DNA of 64,000 nt from Caecitellus pseudoparvulus (taxonomy: Eukaryota; Protista; Bigyra: Bicosoecida), in NCBI GenBank assembly GCA_965644315.1, contig CBFFRQ010000056.1, forward strand, positions 124,001 to 188,000, written 5' to 3'. The notes beneath the pieces were generated by a model. It searched no databases and was not told the origin of the DNA. It saw only the letters and a list, made by a program, of their open reading frames with translations. Each line of letters opens with the position of its first letter. The stretch's first letter is position 1. Positions 1-13,442 of this stretch are shown in pieces. The position numbers were made by a program, and so were the translations under genes.

Positions 1-3000
1 CAAGGTCCACGACATCCTGGGAGAGCGCTGCGGACATGGCTGCTCGCAGGGCCCTGCCTTCGGGGGCCTCGTAGCGCTCATCGCGGCCGCTGGCATCCCC
101 TGCGATGACAGGTCGCCGGGAGGACGCTGCCCCCGATGCCAGGCCCTCCCCATCGGCCAGCACAAAGATGCGGGCATCAGTGCCGCTGCTGCCAGATGAT
201 TCCGGGACCACTGAGATCCAGACATGCTCACCATGCACTGAGCCATCTGTGGCATCTGGGTGCTGGGAACCGCGGACAGGGCTGGCGTTTTGGAGGCCAC
301 CCTGCCCCTGCAGCAGCCCACACCGCTCCGCCAGGACCCGGGACATGCGCCACCACATGACTGCTGCGGCCGCGCCGGCGACGGCTGGGATGCTCTTCGT
401 CGCAGCAGCCATGGTGGCGCCCAACATATCGCGAAGGGCTCGGAAGGCATCCACGGAGAGAGTGCTCGGCGGCTGTGGTGCAGCGGCCTGAGGTGGTGTG
501 TGCGGGGCATCGTCCAGTCCGCTCACGTCAGGCGACACCTCCCTGTCTTCCAGCTGCTCAGCTGCCCAGTCCAGCGAGTCCGAGACGTGCTCTTCGTGCA
601 CAGCACCTAGGGCATCCCCCACACTGGACAGCGTGGCCAGGGCTCCCTTCGCAGCAGCCTTGCTGACCATGGCCTGGGCTCGCTCAGCAGCCCACTGCTG
701 CCGCACTGCACCGTACGCCAAGCGCACTGACTTCATGAAGGCCACTGCTCGGTGCAGCCGTGCGGCGCCCGACCGCTGCACAGAGAAGGACGTCAGCTCC
801 CACACCAGCCCAGCGGCCGCCGCCCCCAGCGTGTGCGCGTACACTCGCATGAGCATCTGCCGCTGTGCCTCTGCCTGGGCTGCCCGTGCTGCCCGGGAAC
901 GGTGCTTGGCACTGCCAGACTCGGCCAGGCGTGTCGTGCGGCTGACGCGAGGCTTCACTGTGATGAGTTGCACCACGCCGAAAGGTGTGCAGCCATGCGC
1001 ACTGGCCCGAGCGCCGGCATCGGCATTATCAAGCCCAGTGGTGGTGAGGGGCAAGTGTCCATCGTCGCCCGAAAAGAGACCCGGGACGGGCTGGTCACTG
1101 AAACCAGCACCAGGCTGTGGCTCCCCTGCGCCACGAGCCGTGCTGCCCAGGGTTGTCGAGGCCCCTCCCATCACACTTCGGTTCTCTGACACGTACGCTG
1201 CCTCCCGAGCGCTGGCAGCTTGTTGTGAGGCGGCTGCAGCAGCCTCAGCTTGCGCCGCCAGCGCAAGCAGGTCTCCAGCATCTTTACCACAGTCAACGAG
1301 GTGCCCCACTCCCGGGTTCACCGGAACTGCCGTCACGTGCGCCACGGCCCGGCTTGCAACTTCATCCACGATGGCATCGCGGCTGACACCCATCACCTGC
1401 GCAGCTGCAAAGCCTGTGCCAACGCCGCCACTAGTGGTGGACACACCTGCTCTCTCAGCCAGCTCACGCAGCACTGTATCCACTGCATCCCCAGTGGCAG
1501 GCGAGGTCTGCTGCTGAGCCCAGGCGCCAGCGACGCTGCCCGGCACCGCTGCCTCTGCCGCACCACCTTGCCGTGAGGTACGTCTTCGCAGTCCCTTCAC
1601 ACGAGCCGCCACGACAGCTGACGGGACGGCGATGGAGCTGGACACCCACGAACCTTGCACAGCGCCCACTGGGCCATGATTCGTGACGGGTGCCGCTTCG
1701 GCCAGTGCTTGGGTCGCAGGCGCTGTCGTGACACCCAGCGCTTGTGTGCTGATGCCGCTGGGCCCATCCACACCTGACACGACAGAGGACGCCGCAGTCA
1801 GAGGCGACGTCGCACTGCCGCCACCATACATGGTCTCCCCCAGGCCCGCCACCACGAAGTGCGAGCGCAGTTCATACCCCATGGAGTGAATGTCCAGGCA
1901 CGCATCTGGCGGGTGGGGGGCGCCGACGATGGGGTAGTCGTCTTCCCCAGCTGCCCCGACCAGACGGTGCCACGCCACGCCACCCTCTCCGTCCCCCTCC
2001 CCCAGCAGCGAGTCCAACGCTGCCTCCAGGCTGGCCAGCGCCACATGCAGCGGCACCAGCACGTTGGAGGAGCCGGACGCCAGCAGTGCGGCGTCTGACG
2101 AGGCGCCAAGCGCGGGCACCGCTGAGGCCAGGGCGGCCATCACAGCTTCGCGGGCCTTCATGTACACTGCTGCCGCGGTGGCGGGGGGCAGGGAGCCCTC
2201 CTGAGCGGTGGCTGCCGCCAGCGACACAGGCCCAGCCCGAGCTGCCTCTGCCGCCCCGCTGGCTCGAATGGTGGACTCCACGGTGTGGTAGGCAGGCAGG
2301 AGGTGCAGCAGGTTCCCCGTCACGCACCGCACGAGGTACTCGGAGGACATGAGCACCTCTGCGCCGTCTGCCTGCGTGCTGCGGCACATGCGCGTGAGGC
2401 CTGCGCGCAGGGCGGACAGGCGGGCACGCATGCGGATGACAGCTGACGCGCCGTCCCCGTACCCAGCCTCCTCCTCCGGCCCCGCAACACTGCCGGCTCC
2501 CATAGCAATGGACGCATCGTCCCCTGCAGATGTGGAGGGAGGCAGGGCGAAGTGCCCAGCTTGAGCGGGCCCTGCCCTTCCCGAGTGGCTTGGTGAACTT
2601 CGGTGTGCCTGCACGATGGGTGGGCTCATGGCTTCCTGCAGCACCGATGCCATCTGCACGTTGAAGGCGTGGGTGCTGCGGAGGGAGCGGTTGAGGCGGT
2701 ACTGCAGCCTGCGCGACACCCGAGAGAGATGGTACAACTGGAAGCGCTCGTGGGCGGACCCGACGATGCGCCGCAAACTGCCGGCAATGGCCTCTCGCAG
2801 GACTCCCAGCAGAGCCAGTGTCTCCGGGCCAAAGGCTTCCTGGCCTCCATCTGGAAGGCGGGGGTCGGACACGTTGGCAGCGGAAGTGGCCACAAGCAGA
2901 ACGGCGGTGACCCCGCCAGGGAGCACGACCTCTGCTGCGCGGGGGCGGGGGGCCTCGTCTTCCTTGGGAAAGTCCACTGCCTCTCCGCGCCATGTTCGGC

Positions 3001-6000
3001 CTGGACCAGTGGGGCCTTGCTCCACTGTGTCAAAGTGCCCTTCTTCAGACCTGGCGACGCCTGATGTGGGGGACCCTTCCACCTCCTCAGAGCTAGACGC
3101 ACCCCGCAGACCCAGCGATGGTAGCGGTAGCGTGGCGACGGCTCCAAGCGGGTGCAAAAGCCGTTCTGCCGGGAACAGAGCCACGTCAGCGTTGGAGGTG
3201 GAGGTGACAACAAGCGGTGCTGTGCCACTGGCCGCACGCCCGACGGCACCGCCTGCTGACGGCACGCTGCCATCCTCCGTCGCGATGTCATCAACGTCTA
3301 TGGAGTTGCCAGAGAGCAGAGCGCCCATGCTGCGGTGTGCTGAGGCACTGGGCGCCTCGCCACCGAAACGAACGCCGCCGCCTCCCCCAACGGGGGCTCC
3401 ACGAGGCGATGCAGGCCCGGAGGAGCGCTTGAGGATGCTGCGAAGGCCAGGCGTCCCTGCGCCAATGGTGTCAGGTGTGACATCGTGGGCAGTGGTGGGC
3501 GCTGCGGCTGCGACTGCCGCTGAGCCGTCCACCTCCGCTGGCGTCACACGCACCCACTCTCCCCACGAGCTGCCCAGCACGGCCACGTCAGTCCCGGACT
3601 CTTCATCGTCTGAGTCTGAAATGACGCTGAACTCGTCGTCATCGTCCACTTCGCCGTACTCTTCGGGGTCGGCGGCCGTGACGAACGCCTCCTTCTCCGC
3701 GTTGCACTGTCCCATGACACGCCGCTGCACAAACAGCGCGGCACGCACGCGCACATCAGTGCCGCTGGTGCACCCAGCAGTCGCGCTCTGCACACCGCCT
3801 ACAGACTCACTGCCCAGCGGCAGGCCGGCATCACAGCCGAACGCGAGTTTGAGCACTGCAGGCACGAAGTGCGCCACCACCGCTGCCAGCATGGGCAGAG
3901 AGGACACGTTGTTGATGACCCGTAGAGCCCCGAGCATGGCACGGTTCACTGCACTGTCTCGTGTCGCAACGGCGGAGAGCTGTGTGAGCGCTTCGCAGCT
4001 GCGAGAGGAGGCTTCGACCGTCGCAGCCGTGAGACCGTGGCGCAGCACTGAGCCGACATGGTGCCATGCAACCACCGCGTGGTGTGCTAGGATGCCGCTC
4101 AGACCGCGCACGGAGGTCAAGTGCATGACGGCAGGAATGGACAGGTGCAGGCTGGGTGGAGTGCTGCCCATGGACCCCAAAAGTGGCAGCACCCTCTCAG
4201 AAGGTGGTGGTGCGTGGTGTACCCATTCGCTCTTCGATTCTTCAGCGGAGGGCTCAGTGGATGATGCTTGTGACGGCACCACGGGCACTGCCCACACAAG
4301 GCGCAGCTCTCCGAGGCAGTGCTCAAGCCCAGGCATGGTCTCCAGAGCATGTGCATGCGCCACCCACCGCTGCTGCCCGGTGGCACCTTCATCGTCAGAC
4401 GCATCGTCCGTCAACCCAGGCTCCGCAGTAGCTTGCAACGGCACCATGGCCCCTTTGTTGCTGAGCTGAAAGCCCGAAAAGCGGTCTGTCACGGCGCCGG
4501 CAGCGCTCCAGCTGGCACTGGACACGAGGGGCAGTGGTAGCGCTGGCAAAGGCAGGGGCGTGCCGTCGACGGTGGCCATGTCGTTCGCGGCAGCGAGGGC
4601 TGCCGTGGTCTGCGGCAGGTGGCTGCTGCACAGCACACTGTCCAGAGTCATGCCTAGGCGGGCCGAGCAAGCCCGTGCGCACTCTGCGTAGGAAGCCTTT
4701 ACCCGGAGAGTTTGGGGGTGCTGGGCCCCCCTCGTGCTGGCGCTGCCCGAGCAAGCCACCTGACCCACCTCATCACGAGGTGCCTCCACCAGCACCTGAG
4801 TTGTACCATCCCGAGGGGACGGCACGAACACGCCACCGGTGCTACTCATCTGCAGGGCCTCCCACAGGGCACCCGGCAGCACCACCAACTCCACCCCAGC
4901 AGCACCGGGCATGGGGGGCTGGCCAGGGCGGTCCGCTGGCTGTGCCTCGAACAGGGACAAGACGACGGGCGTTTCCCCCGGCTCGCGCCGGTGGCTTCGA
5001 TCGCCGCCATGGCTGGCAAAACTCCTGGACGCACCTTCATCTCCCGACGCGTCGTCCTCCATGTCAGGCGCCGCTGGCGGCAGAACGGCTGGGTTTCCGC
5101 CCAGCAGTGCCCACGCAGCGCCGACAGTGAGACGGCTGCGCCGCTGCTGGTCCAAGCGCTCATGTGCGGTGGCCACTGGCAGGTTGCGGAGCAGCACCGC
5201 ACAGGGGGACCCATCTTCGCAGAGCGACGCACGCAGCACGATGTTGCAGTCTTGCGCATGGTTCAACGCTCGTGCACGCTCTGCTTCGTGCAGCAGGGAG
5301 ACGAGGTAGGAGAACAGGGCCTGGCCAAGTTGGCCCAGCACTCTCTCCCCTTCTCCGGGCGAAGACGCAGGCAGCAGGGGCAGCATGATGCAGGGCGTTC
5401 GAGCAGGCCCCCAAGAGAGCACTGTCGGCGCATGCTGCGTCTCCAATGCTTGGCCCACGTGCGCCAGCCAGAACAGAGTGGCCAAGAGGGCTCCTGGAAC
5501 GGCCCGTGGCTGCAGCCCTTGTTCTGGTGACACTGTTTGCAGCAGTGCCGCGGCGGCAGGGGGCAACGCTGCTGGCCCCTGCAGGCGAAGCAGTGAGCCG
5601 CCTGCACATGCTGGGTGGTGGCTCACAGCATGCAGCCAGTCCAGCGTTGCGGCGTGACCCTGGGCCCACGTGGGATGTGGGCAAGCCAGGTGGTCAGTGC
5701 TGGCAGCACCGTCTGGAGGCATGGCCCCAGCTTGGGCGAACGATGACAGCAGGCGCGCTACGCTGCTCACGCCGCCACGCAACCACGCTGCCACTGCATC
5801 TGACGCGCGCCCGGTGTGCACAGCAACCGCTTTTACCCCCGCAGTGATTGTGGACGTGTCTGCAGCTGCCTGCTGCCCGGCAGCCACTGCGTAGTCTGCC
5901 CCTGCTTCTGCCAGTGCCTCGCCCAGCACTTGTTTGTGCCGGGCTGCAGCCGCCAACGCTTCACTGCGCTCCCACAGCACGTCATTTGCCATGCTCTCTG

Positions 6001-9000
6001 TGGCTGCTTGCAGGGAGCCGAGGGCTTGCATGGCACCGCCCAGCGTCTCGGTGAGGGATGCCCGCAGGGCGTGGCGAGACAGTGTTCCGGCCACCACGTG
6101 GCTCACGTGCAGGAGCAACATGGTGATGGCTTCCAAATACTGGCGAGCACCATCGCCCGCCTCCCGGGCCGGAACCTGCACCACAAGTGCGCCAATCACC
6201 TGCCTGCCTTGTCCTGAAGCACTGCTGCGCTGCATGGTGCTGCCGAAAGCAGAGCTAGATCCACCCAAGTTTCCGAACGTGGGCTTGGTGGGGCTGGACG
6301 CCGCCGCCTCTGCAGGCTGCGCAGACAGGGATGCAAGAGACGGCGAGCGCTCGCCAAACAGTGGCAGCGCAAGAACTGTCATGGCTTGATGCGGCGAGGC
6401 GCCAGTCGAGGCACCATCAGCCTCACCACCTGCTTCCCCGGCATCTTCCGCCATGGCACTGCTTGCCAGCGCTCCCAGTTGTGAGTGCAACAGCATTTGG
6501 CGGAGAAGTGCCACATCGCCGTCTGCCAGCACGCTGGCGGGCAGGGTGGCAGGGGGCAGCGCAGTGGCTGCCTTTGCATCCACCCCCTTCTGACCGGCCT
6601 TGGCTGAGGGCTGTGGTTCGGGTTGCGAATCCTGCACACGCCCCGGGAAGTAAGAGTCCACCAGGCGGCGCCCGGAGCTGAGTACGGACGCGAGGGCCGA
6701 CGCCGATGACGTGTCTAGGGCAAGCGTCGTCGACGCATTGGCGGTCTGTCCATCGCCCGTTTCGCCATGGCTGGCCATGGGCGGCAGAGTGATAGACGGA
6801 GGCTGCTTGCTGCGCCCAGATGCCCCATGCGGGACAACGACAATGGCAGACGCCGCCTGAGTGCCAAGAAGGGTCGGCACGACGTCTGCAGTGATGGCCC
6901 CCAACGATGCGATGTCGGTGGGGGACACGAGCATGGCAGCACACTCGAGCAGCAGCTGCGTGCGGGCTTGCGAGTGAATGGTGTCAGTGAGGTTGCCAGC
7001 AGCGGTGCTGCCGGTGGACACTCCCCGACCTACTTGCAGCCCACTTGCAATGCCAGCGCCCTCGGCTTGCTCTTGCAACCGCTGCAGCTTGGAGCCGGTG
7101 TCCACGAAGCGGGCGTGGGCTTGCTGGGCAACGACGAAGTTCGTGATGGCAGAGCCCAGCACTCGTGCGGCAATGGTGCCCGTGTACACATCTGTGGCCG
7201 AGAAGGACGTCAAGACACTCTCGTTGGCAAGGGCTGCACCACCCGGGGGTGCTCGCCCATCAGGGCGCGTGACAGGGGGCAGGTCCCGGTCTCGGCCCGC
7301 CAGGTTCGCCGCCAACACGTACGCCAGGCTGTCCTTGTTGCGGCACTGCAGCACTCCAACGACGCGCTGAGCTGGCGCAGGCGCAGGGCCGCTGTGAAAG
7401 CCCAGGGGCAGCAGCACTGGCAACAACATGGCGTTCCCATCGTCACCACCATCCAACAGGTCCACCGCAGCGTCGAAGGAGGGGTGCTCGGTGGACGTTG
7501 ACAGGACCAGTGCATGGCCAGTGCGCGCCACCATCCCAACGAGGCCTGTAGACAGGGAGAACCGCGTTTCCCACTGCGATTCAGAAGAAGACCCGCTCTT
7601 GGAATCGTGGGCTGACGCCCGAGCGTTGACTCGTGCCACACTGGACTTGCCACTGGTCGCGAGGACATGGCCGCCAGACCCGATGAATGGGACGTGCGTC
7701 CACATCTCCCCGGCGGAAACATCCACCAACCACACTCGCACAAACTCACAGTGTAGTTGATCCTTGAGGTATGCCAGGAGGGGTGACCTGAACACGTCTG
7801 CCATGCTGTGGATGACCGTGGAAGGCATAGCGGCAGAAGCCCCAGCGCGGGGTGTGTCGCCGCTGACCTGCACCGCATCCGATGCGTATGCCACCGCCGC
7901 GCCCATCTCCGTGTGGAAGAGAGTGGACATGATGTGGGTCACATCCAAGCTGCCAGGCTTTGCGGCACTGACGACGGCATGGGGGGGAGGGGAAGGGGGG
8001 ACAAGCTGCGCGGCCTGGGCTAGAGCTCTGCCTCGTGGCGGCAAGTGCCCCGGAGCGTCTCGGGAAATCGGCAGTGCCACGCCGTACTTTGAGGACGTCC
8101 CTGACTCTGCAGCGCTGGAGCCACCCTGTGCGGGCCCAGGGACCGCTTGTTGCCCATCACGCAACACCCTCCCACCACTGCCGCCTTGGCGCACATACCC
8201 ATGCAGTTCTGTAACGCGAGAGCGAGCCGACATGGCCTGCCCCGCCACGCCTTCCACGTGGGCTGTCAGCTCAGCGTGCTCCCTCTCCAACTGATGCAGC
8301 TTGGCTGTCAGTGCCTCCATAGCTCGGTCCCGAACTTGGGCGGCGGCCTGGCTGCGAGACTGCAGCTCGTCAGCCACGACTGTCTGCATCGCATTCAGTT
8401 GGAACAGCGCATGCTGCAGCTGCTGCTGTGCCTGAGCGGCCAGCACGCATGAAGATACGTGCTGCAGGGCGTCCGCAGCGCCGGGGATGCGGGGGGGGCC
8501 TCCGTGCACGACACCCAGCACTCGTGCTGAAGCGACCAGAACAGTGGACGCCTTCGCGGGCGACGTGTCCATCTGTGTGGCAGGGACAAGCGCCTCAACA
8601 TCGGCGCCCAGGTTTGTGCCACTCTCAGCAGCTGCGAGCACCTGCACGAGGGCCGTGGGGCTGATGCGGGAGCCCGTCAACGCCGCCACGTCGGCACACC
8701 AGTCCTCACCCCCCACGCCAGCCGAATGCGCTTGCCCCGAGCTGGCATGGGAGCTGGACGTGTCAACTGGGAATGCAACTAATTCCACGAGTACACGTGT
8801 GTGAGAGGCAGCGCCTCCGCTTGGCAGGTTTGGCTGCACACTGACCACCTGCCGCAACGTTCGCCCGTCGCCCCAAGCACTCCCCAGCGCCCCAACGCCA
8901 GCCAAGCAGGACTCAGGCAGCACGCCGTACTGTTCCAGCAGCTCAGACACGGGTGTGGCTATGCCAGAAGGGCGTCGCCGCGGCGTGCTTGGCTGCCGCC

Positions 9001-12000
9001 CCGGGCTCTTGCTGCGCTGGGAAGCGCCAGATTTGCTTGGGTGCGGCACCGTCGGCGCTGAGCCAGCCGTTGACACGTGCACAACTGCCTTGGCGTCCAT
9101 GTCTGACACAACTGCCTCCAGTAGGCGGAGGTCTGTGTTGTAGCGGTACAGCACGACGCCATGGGCATTGAGCTGACCGCGCAGCCTCGACACAGCTGCC
9201 TCCCACCAGGCTGCGTCGCCCTCCCGCAGCCACTGTGGCAGAGTGAGCGCAGCGCTGCGGGAGGGAGACGCGATGCAGGCAGTGGCGACACCGCTCCAGC
9301 TCCTGGACCACACCTGACCCAGGCGTGCGACACCATCTGACACTGCAGCACGACTGGCCTTGAGGCACGTCGGCGCAAGGAGTGGCACCAGGAGTGCAGC
9401 CGTTGCCACCGTCGTGTCAGCGACGCCGAGTCCCGCACTTGTGCTGCTGCCGGAGCGACTGTGGTCGCCAGATGCACCGCCCCGCCAGGTGTTGGCGGAT
9501 GCCCCAGAAAAATCCCGCTCGACAGTTGAACGGGCGTGTTCCTGCGAAATCTCGCGCCTGTCCAGGGAAAGTTGGTCACCTAGTAAGTTGGATGCCAGTC
9601 TGAGGCGCAGGGTTGTGATCACGGCGACCGATGGGTAAGCAGATGGGTCGGCGTCGCCGCTCGCCAAGCTGGCAGGCATGTGCACCATGCCTTGCAGGTT
9701 CCGGGAGATGCTTTGCAACACGACATGGTGCCACCTGGCCAGCGCAGCTGGCAGCAACGTCACAGTCAACACTGCGACGTCAGCCCAGCCAGCATCTTCA
9801 CTCTGACCCTGCGACAGCCAGTCTCCCGCATCCAACGGGGAAGCGACGTAGCCGAGCAAGGCGCAGGACGCATCCAGTGGAGGGTCCTCGGGGTCCGCCG
9901 GTTGCCCCTCAGTGGAGCTGCTTGATCGGGGAAGTGGACAGTACACTGCAGCCTCAGCACAACCACGAGTGCAAACGATGAAGACACTGTAGCCTTGCTC
10001 TGCCGACCCACGAACCGGCGCAAGGCCGTCGCCGCCCCTCACAGGCACCGTATGCAGGCCTGCCGTGGACAGTCCTGCCGCACGCATGCTTGCTTGCAGC
10101 CCCGCGGAGGTGAGCTGGGCTGGGGCGGGCGCAGACCCAGCCAGCACCACGAGGCCAGAGGCAAGAGCCAGGGATGCTCCGTCCTCTTTCGCGTCAAGGG
10201 ACGCACCATGAGTGCTCGTTTCGGGACTGTCAGGCACAGCCGCTGCCCAGCCCACAGCCGCTGCCCCCGTGCTAGAGACGCTGCGGCGTCGGAGCGGGGA
10301 GAGTGGGAGGGGTGCCTGGGGAGTCGCGGCGGGGCCCCCCTTCATCCAAGCCGTCGGCACCTGGGACACCAGCCCGACGTCCACACTGTGTAGGTGAATA
10401 GCGTGCGGGGTAACGGATGCCCTTGTCGAAAAGAAACGCCCTCCTGGTCCCGGTTTGGAAGCCTGGGGCTGAACATGAGCCAGCATTGAGGGTGCCGAGC
10501 CAGCTGCCAGCACTATGGGGCGTACCGGGTGAGAGGGACCAGCATCCATGAAGTGCCCGTGCAGTGTCCTGGCCAGGGCAAAGGATGCAGCGGACAGCAA
10601 GCCACCTGACTTGCGAGGCGTCACGCCCCCCCTTGGCTCAGCCCAATGGCCGACCAGGAGCGGTGGCGCGGAGGCTGCAGGAGTGGAGGGGGCAGAACTT
10701 TCATCTTCAATGGCCAGTGGGTGTGCTGGGGCGGGGGGGTGCGAAGCAGGCTCGTGAGCCACAGACGCGCCCAGCATTCCTCCCAGGCGCTTGAACCAGT
10801 GCACTTGCTCTGCCGCTTCTCGGGCTGATGTTTGAGAAGCTGCATGCATGGCACACAGGTACGCAAGGAACAGCTCCACTGTGTGCGCCAGGGACTGGGC
10901 GCCTTCCAACACCCCCGGCCGAGCGGGGTCTCCTCCAGTGCCAACACGCAGCACCACGGCGCCTAGAGCTGGGATCGCTCCTCCGTCCAAGTCGGCTGGG
11001 GAAGTTGGATCAGCAATCGCCTTGGCAGAGAGGGGGACAATGAGCACTCCACTGGCGTCGGCCATGCCGAAACGGCTGTCGTGCTCCGCAGAGAAGGCGC
11101 TGTGGCTGTGCAGCGGTGGACTGCAACAGACAACAGACCCTTCTTGCAGAGAAGCTCGCAACAGACCACCAGCAGGAAGTGGGAGCGTTTGGGCACCTCC
11201 CGACAGCTGCACACGCCCGCTGGTGGAAGGGTGCGTCGGCCGGTGAGTCCACAGGGTGGCCTCACCCTCGCTCTGGGCACTGCCCGGCTGCAAGGCACTC
11301 ATGAGGTCACCCCGAACCCACAGGTCGCAGTGGACATCTTTGGCGGACACGTCATCCCCGAGGAGCAGCACAGCTGTGGAGGCGGCCCACTTTCGAGCCG
11401 CACTGCACAGTGCCGCCAGCGCCCCCTCCAGCGCCTCCCCAGACAGCGATGGCGGGCTAGACCCACCATGCGCACTGTCTAGGGTGCGCCCAGACAGAGT
11501 TGGGACTGAGGGTGGCAGTCCGGAGAGGTGCCGCAGTGCTGGCCATGAGCTGCAGTCTCCAGCCACGTGCTCGGCAGCTGCCGTGGCCACTTGGCTGCCT
11601 TCTTGCACAGCGCGCAAGAGCGTGTCACCTCTAGCCGCCTCCGCCATCGCCCGCGCTTGAGAGGCTTGAATCTGCTCATTCAGGCGGTCAACAGCAGTGG
11701 ACATGGCAGCCACATCGTCTTTTGTGGAGGAAAAGTACGCTGCGTGCTGCAGTGCAATGGAGATGGGCGTTCCGAGCAGGGATAGCACGGCAAGGTCGCC
11801 CTCGTGGAAGTGGGCCGGCGCAGTCGGCCCCTCCGCAGCCACCTCGTCCACAGCTGCGACGCCCAGTCCAGACGTGGCAGCAAAGGAGACACCGCGTCGA
11901 GGTGCGCCATGCCGCCTGGGAGTGGTCGACGCACCACCTCGTGGGCCGCCGCTTGGCGCAGTGGTCGCCGCCAGGGGTGTCGGGCACAGCGGTGCAGCGT

Positions 12001-13019
12001 CTCCCAAACCCCAACCGAACGGGACTCTGTTCCAAAACTCAATGATGCCCAGAACAGTCCCTGTGGACCTGCACCGGAGCGGCACCCACAGCAGCGACAC
12101 GATCCCCAGCGTCGACGGCTGTGCCCTGCCCAGTTGCTGGAACCACAGGGCAAGGAGGACTGGATCGGTGATGAGCAGGTAGGCATCAGATCCTTCCCCG
12201 TCACCAGTCTCTTCATAGGCTGCGTGCTGGGACACTGGAGAGCTCGCCTTGTGTTCCGTTGATGGGCTGGCTGACCTTGCGTGCTGTTGGAGGGCGAGCC
12301 AGCGCCCAGCCATGCTCTCGTGTGGAATCACAAGTCGCTCATACACGGTGTGATCAACATCGGAGCAGTTATCATCGTCACCAGCGTCCTGGGTGACCCT
12401 CGACAGAAAGCTGTCCCCCACTGTCAAGTGCTCATGTTGTGCCGCATCAGCGTCTGCGCGCACGTTGGGGCAGGGGCAAGTGGTGAGCTGCACTGCGGCC
12501 GCACGCAAGAGCAAGGCTTGCAAGGCGTGTCATACCTGAGTAGGTGCCTGGTGCCGTTGCACGGCTTTGGGCATGCGACTCGTCAAAGTGGTGTCCCTCA
12601 CCCTCATCACTCTCAGCCCAGGCCGCTGCATCGTCGGCCAAGGCCACTGCGATGAGCTGTGTCGCATTCTCCACTGGCTGTAAGCTTCCCGAAAAGGCAG
12701 ACTTTTCCAAGAAACTGCTGGTCAAGTGCACCCTCACCAGCTCGCAGGGGATGAGGCCCTGCAGGCTGCTCTGCACTTCCAGCTGCACAGCCTCCAAGCT
12801 GGAGTCTGCACACCACAGGCGCAGCAGAGCTTCCAGGAGCTGGTGCTGAAACTCGGAGGCTTGCTGCTGGGCATCTTGTTCCAAATCCAGGGCGTCAATG
12901 ACCCCTTCCACAGACTTCACCGCCTTTGCCGTTGGGGAGAAGGGGCCGTCGTCTAGTGGTGCGGCAGGCGGCCGTGCTGCGCCGCTGCTAACGGCAGGCG
13001 GGGCGTGTGCAGGCCACAT
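1..13019 (-). CDS. Giant (>4300 aa) multi-GAF-domain protein, 3' end outside the window; exons 13019-12536 and 12453-<1
   Basis: No minus-strand ORF is listed in the frame whose codons begin at + positions 2 mod 3 between 1 and 12450, consistent with one stop-free frame leaving the window. GT-AG intron 12535-12454 (CAG|GTATGA...GCGCAG|AC) joins it in phase to the 12447..13301 ORF. Hand translation gives GAF-like segments: LLWVPLRCRSTGTVLGIIEFWNR (~12030-12100), GLLRASLQEGSVV...HSAFSAEHDSRFG...VLIVPL (~11030-11170), LHCEFVRVWLVD...RFSLSTGLVGMVARTG...EHPSFDAAVD (~7460-7760). Start codon is inferred. Confidence 0.8.
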
Positions 13020-13442
13020 GCTTGCAGGGGGGACCAAAGGGACAGATTCAGGCTCTGACACCGAAGGACAATGAAAGGGCGGTTCGCTATCACCGCTGGA
13101 GCGCTGCTGGACACGGAAGGCAGGCCAAGGTGACGAGCCGTGTCGCAGCGACTGCACTCCCAACAGTCGCGGCGGGTAGCCGGGCTGTTCTGGGTGTTCA
13201 AGCGGGGGCCGCCAGGGGCATGCCGAGGAAACCCAGAAAAGAAAACAAAGGAGGCAGGCGTGGGACTGCGTGAAAGGGTGCAGTTTGCCTAATGTGCCCA
13301 CCTGCTGCTCGACGAGTTCAGCTCACGAGCGTTGCGTGGCGTGAGCTGAGCAATGAGTGGCTGTAGGAAAAACAGAAACACCCAGGGAACGACATCCTAT
13401 GTTGCAGCCCAACCCACCCACTCATCCGACCGCCTCGTTACC
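13020..13442. promoter_or_regulatory. Divergent (head-to-head) intergenic region between the GAF gene and the FYVE gene
   Basis: ~420 nt between opposing start codons, with locally A-rich tracts. Confidence 0.55.

Noticed and set aside
105-12262. Many long + strand ORFs (e.g. 498..1517, 2616..4469)
   Set aside because: Ser/Ala/Thr-rich antisense shadows of the giant minus-strand CDS, expected at high GC.
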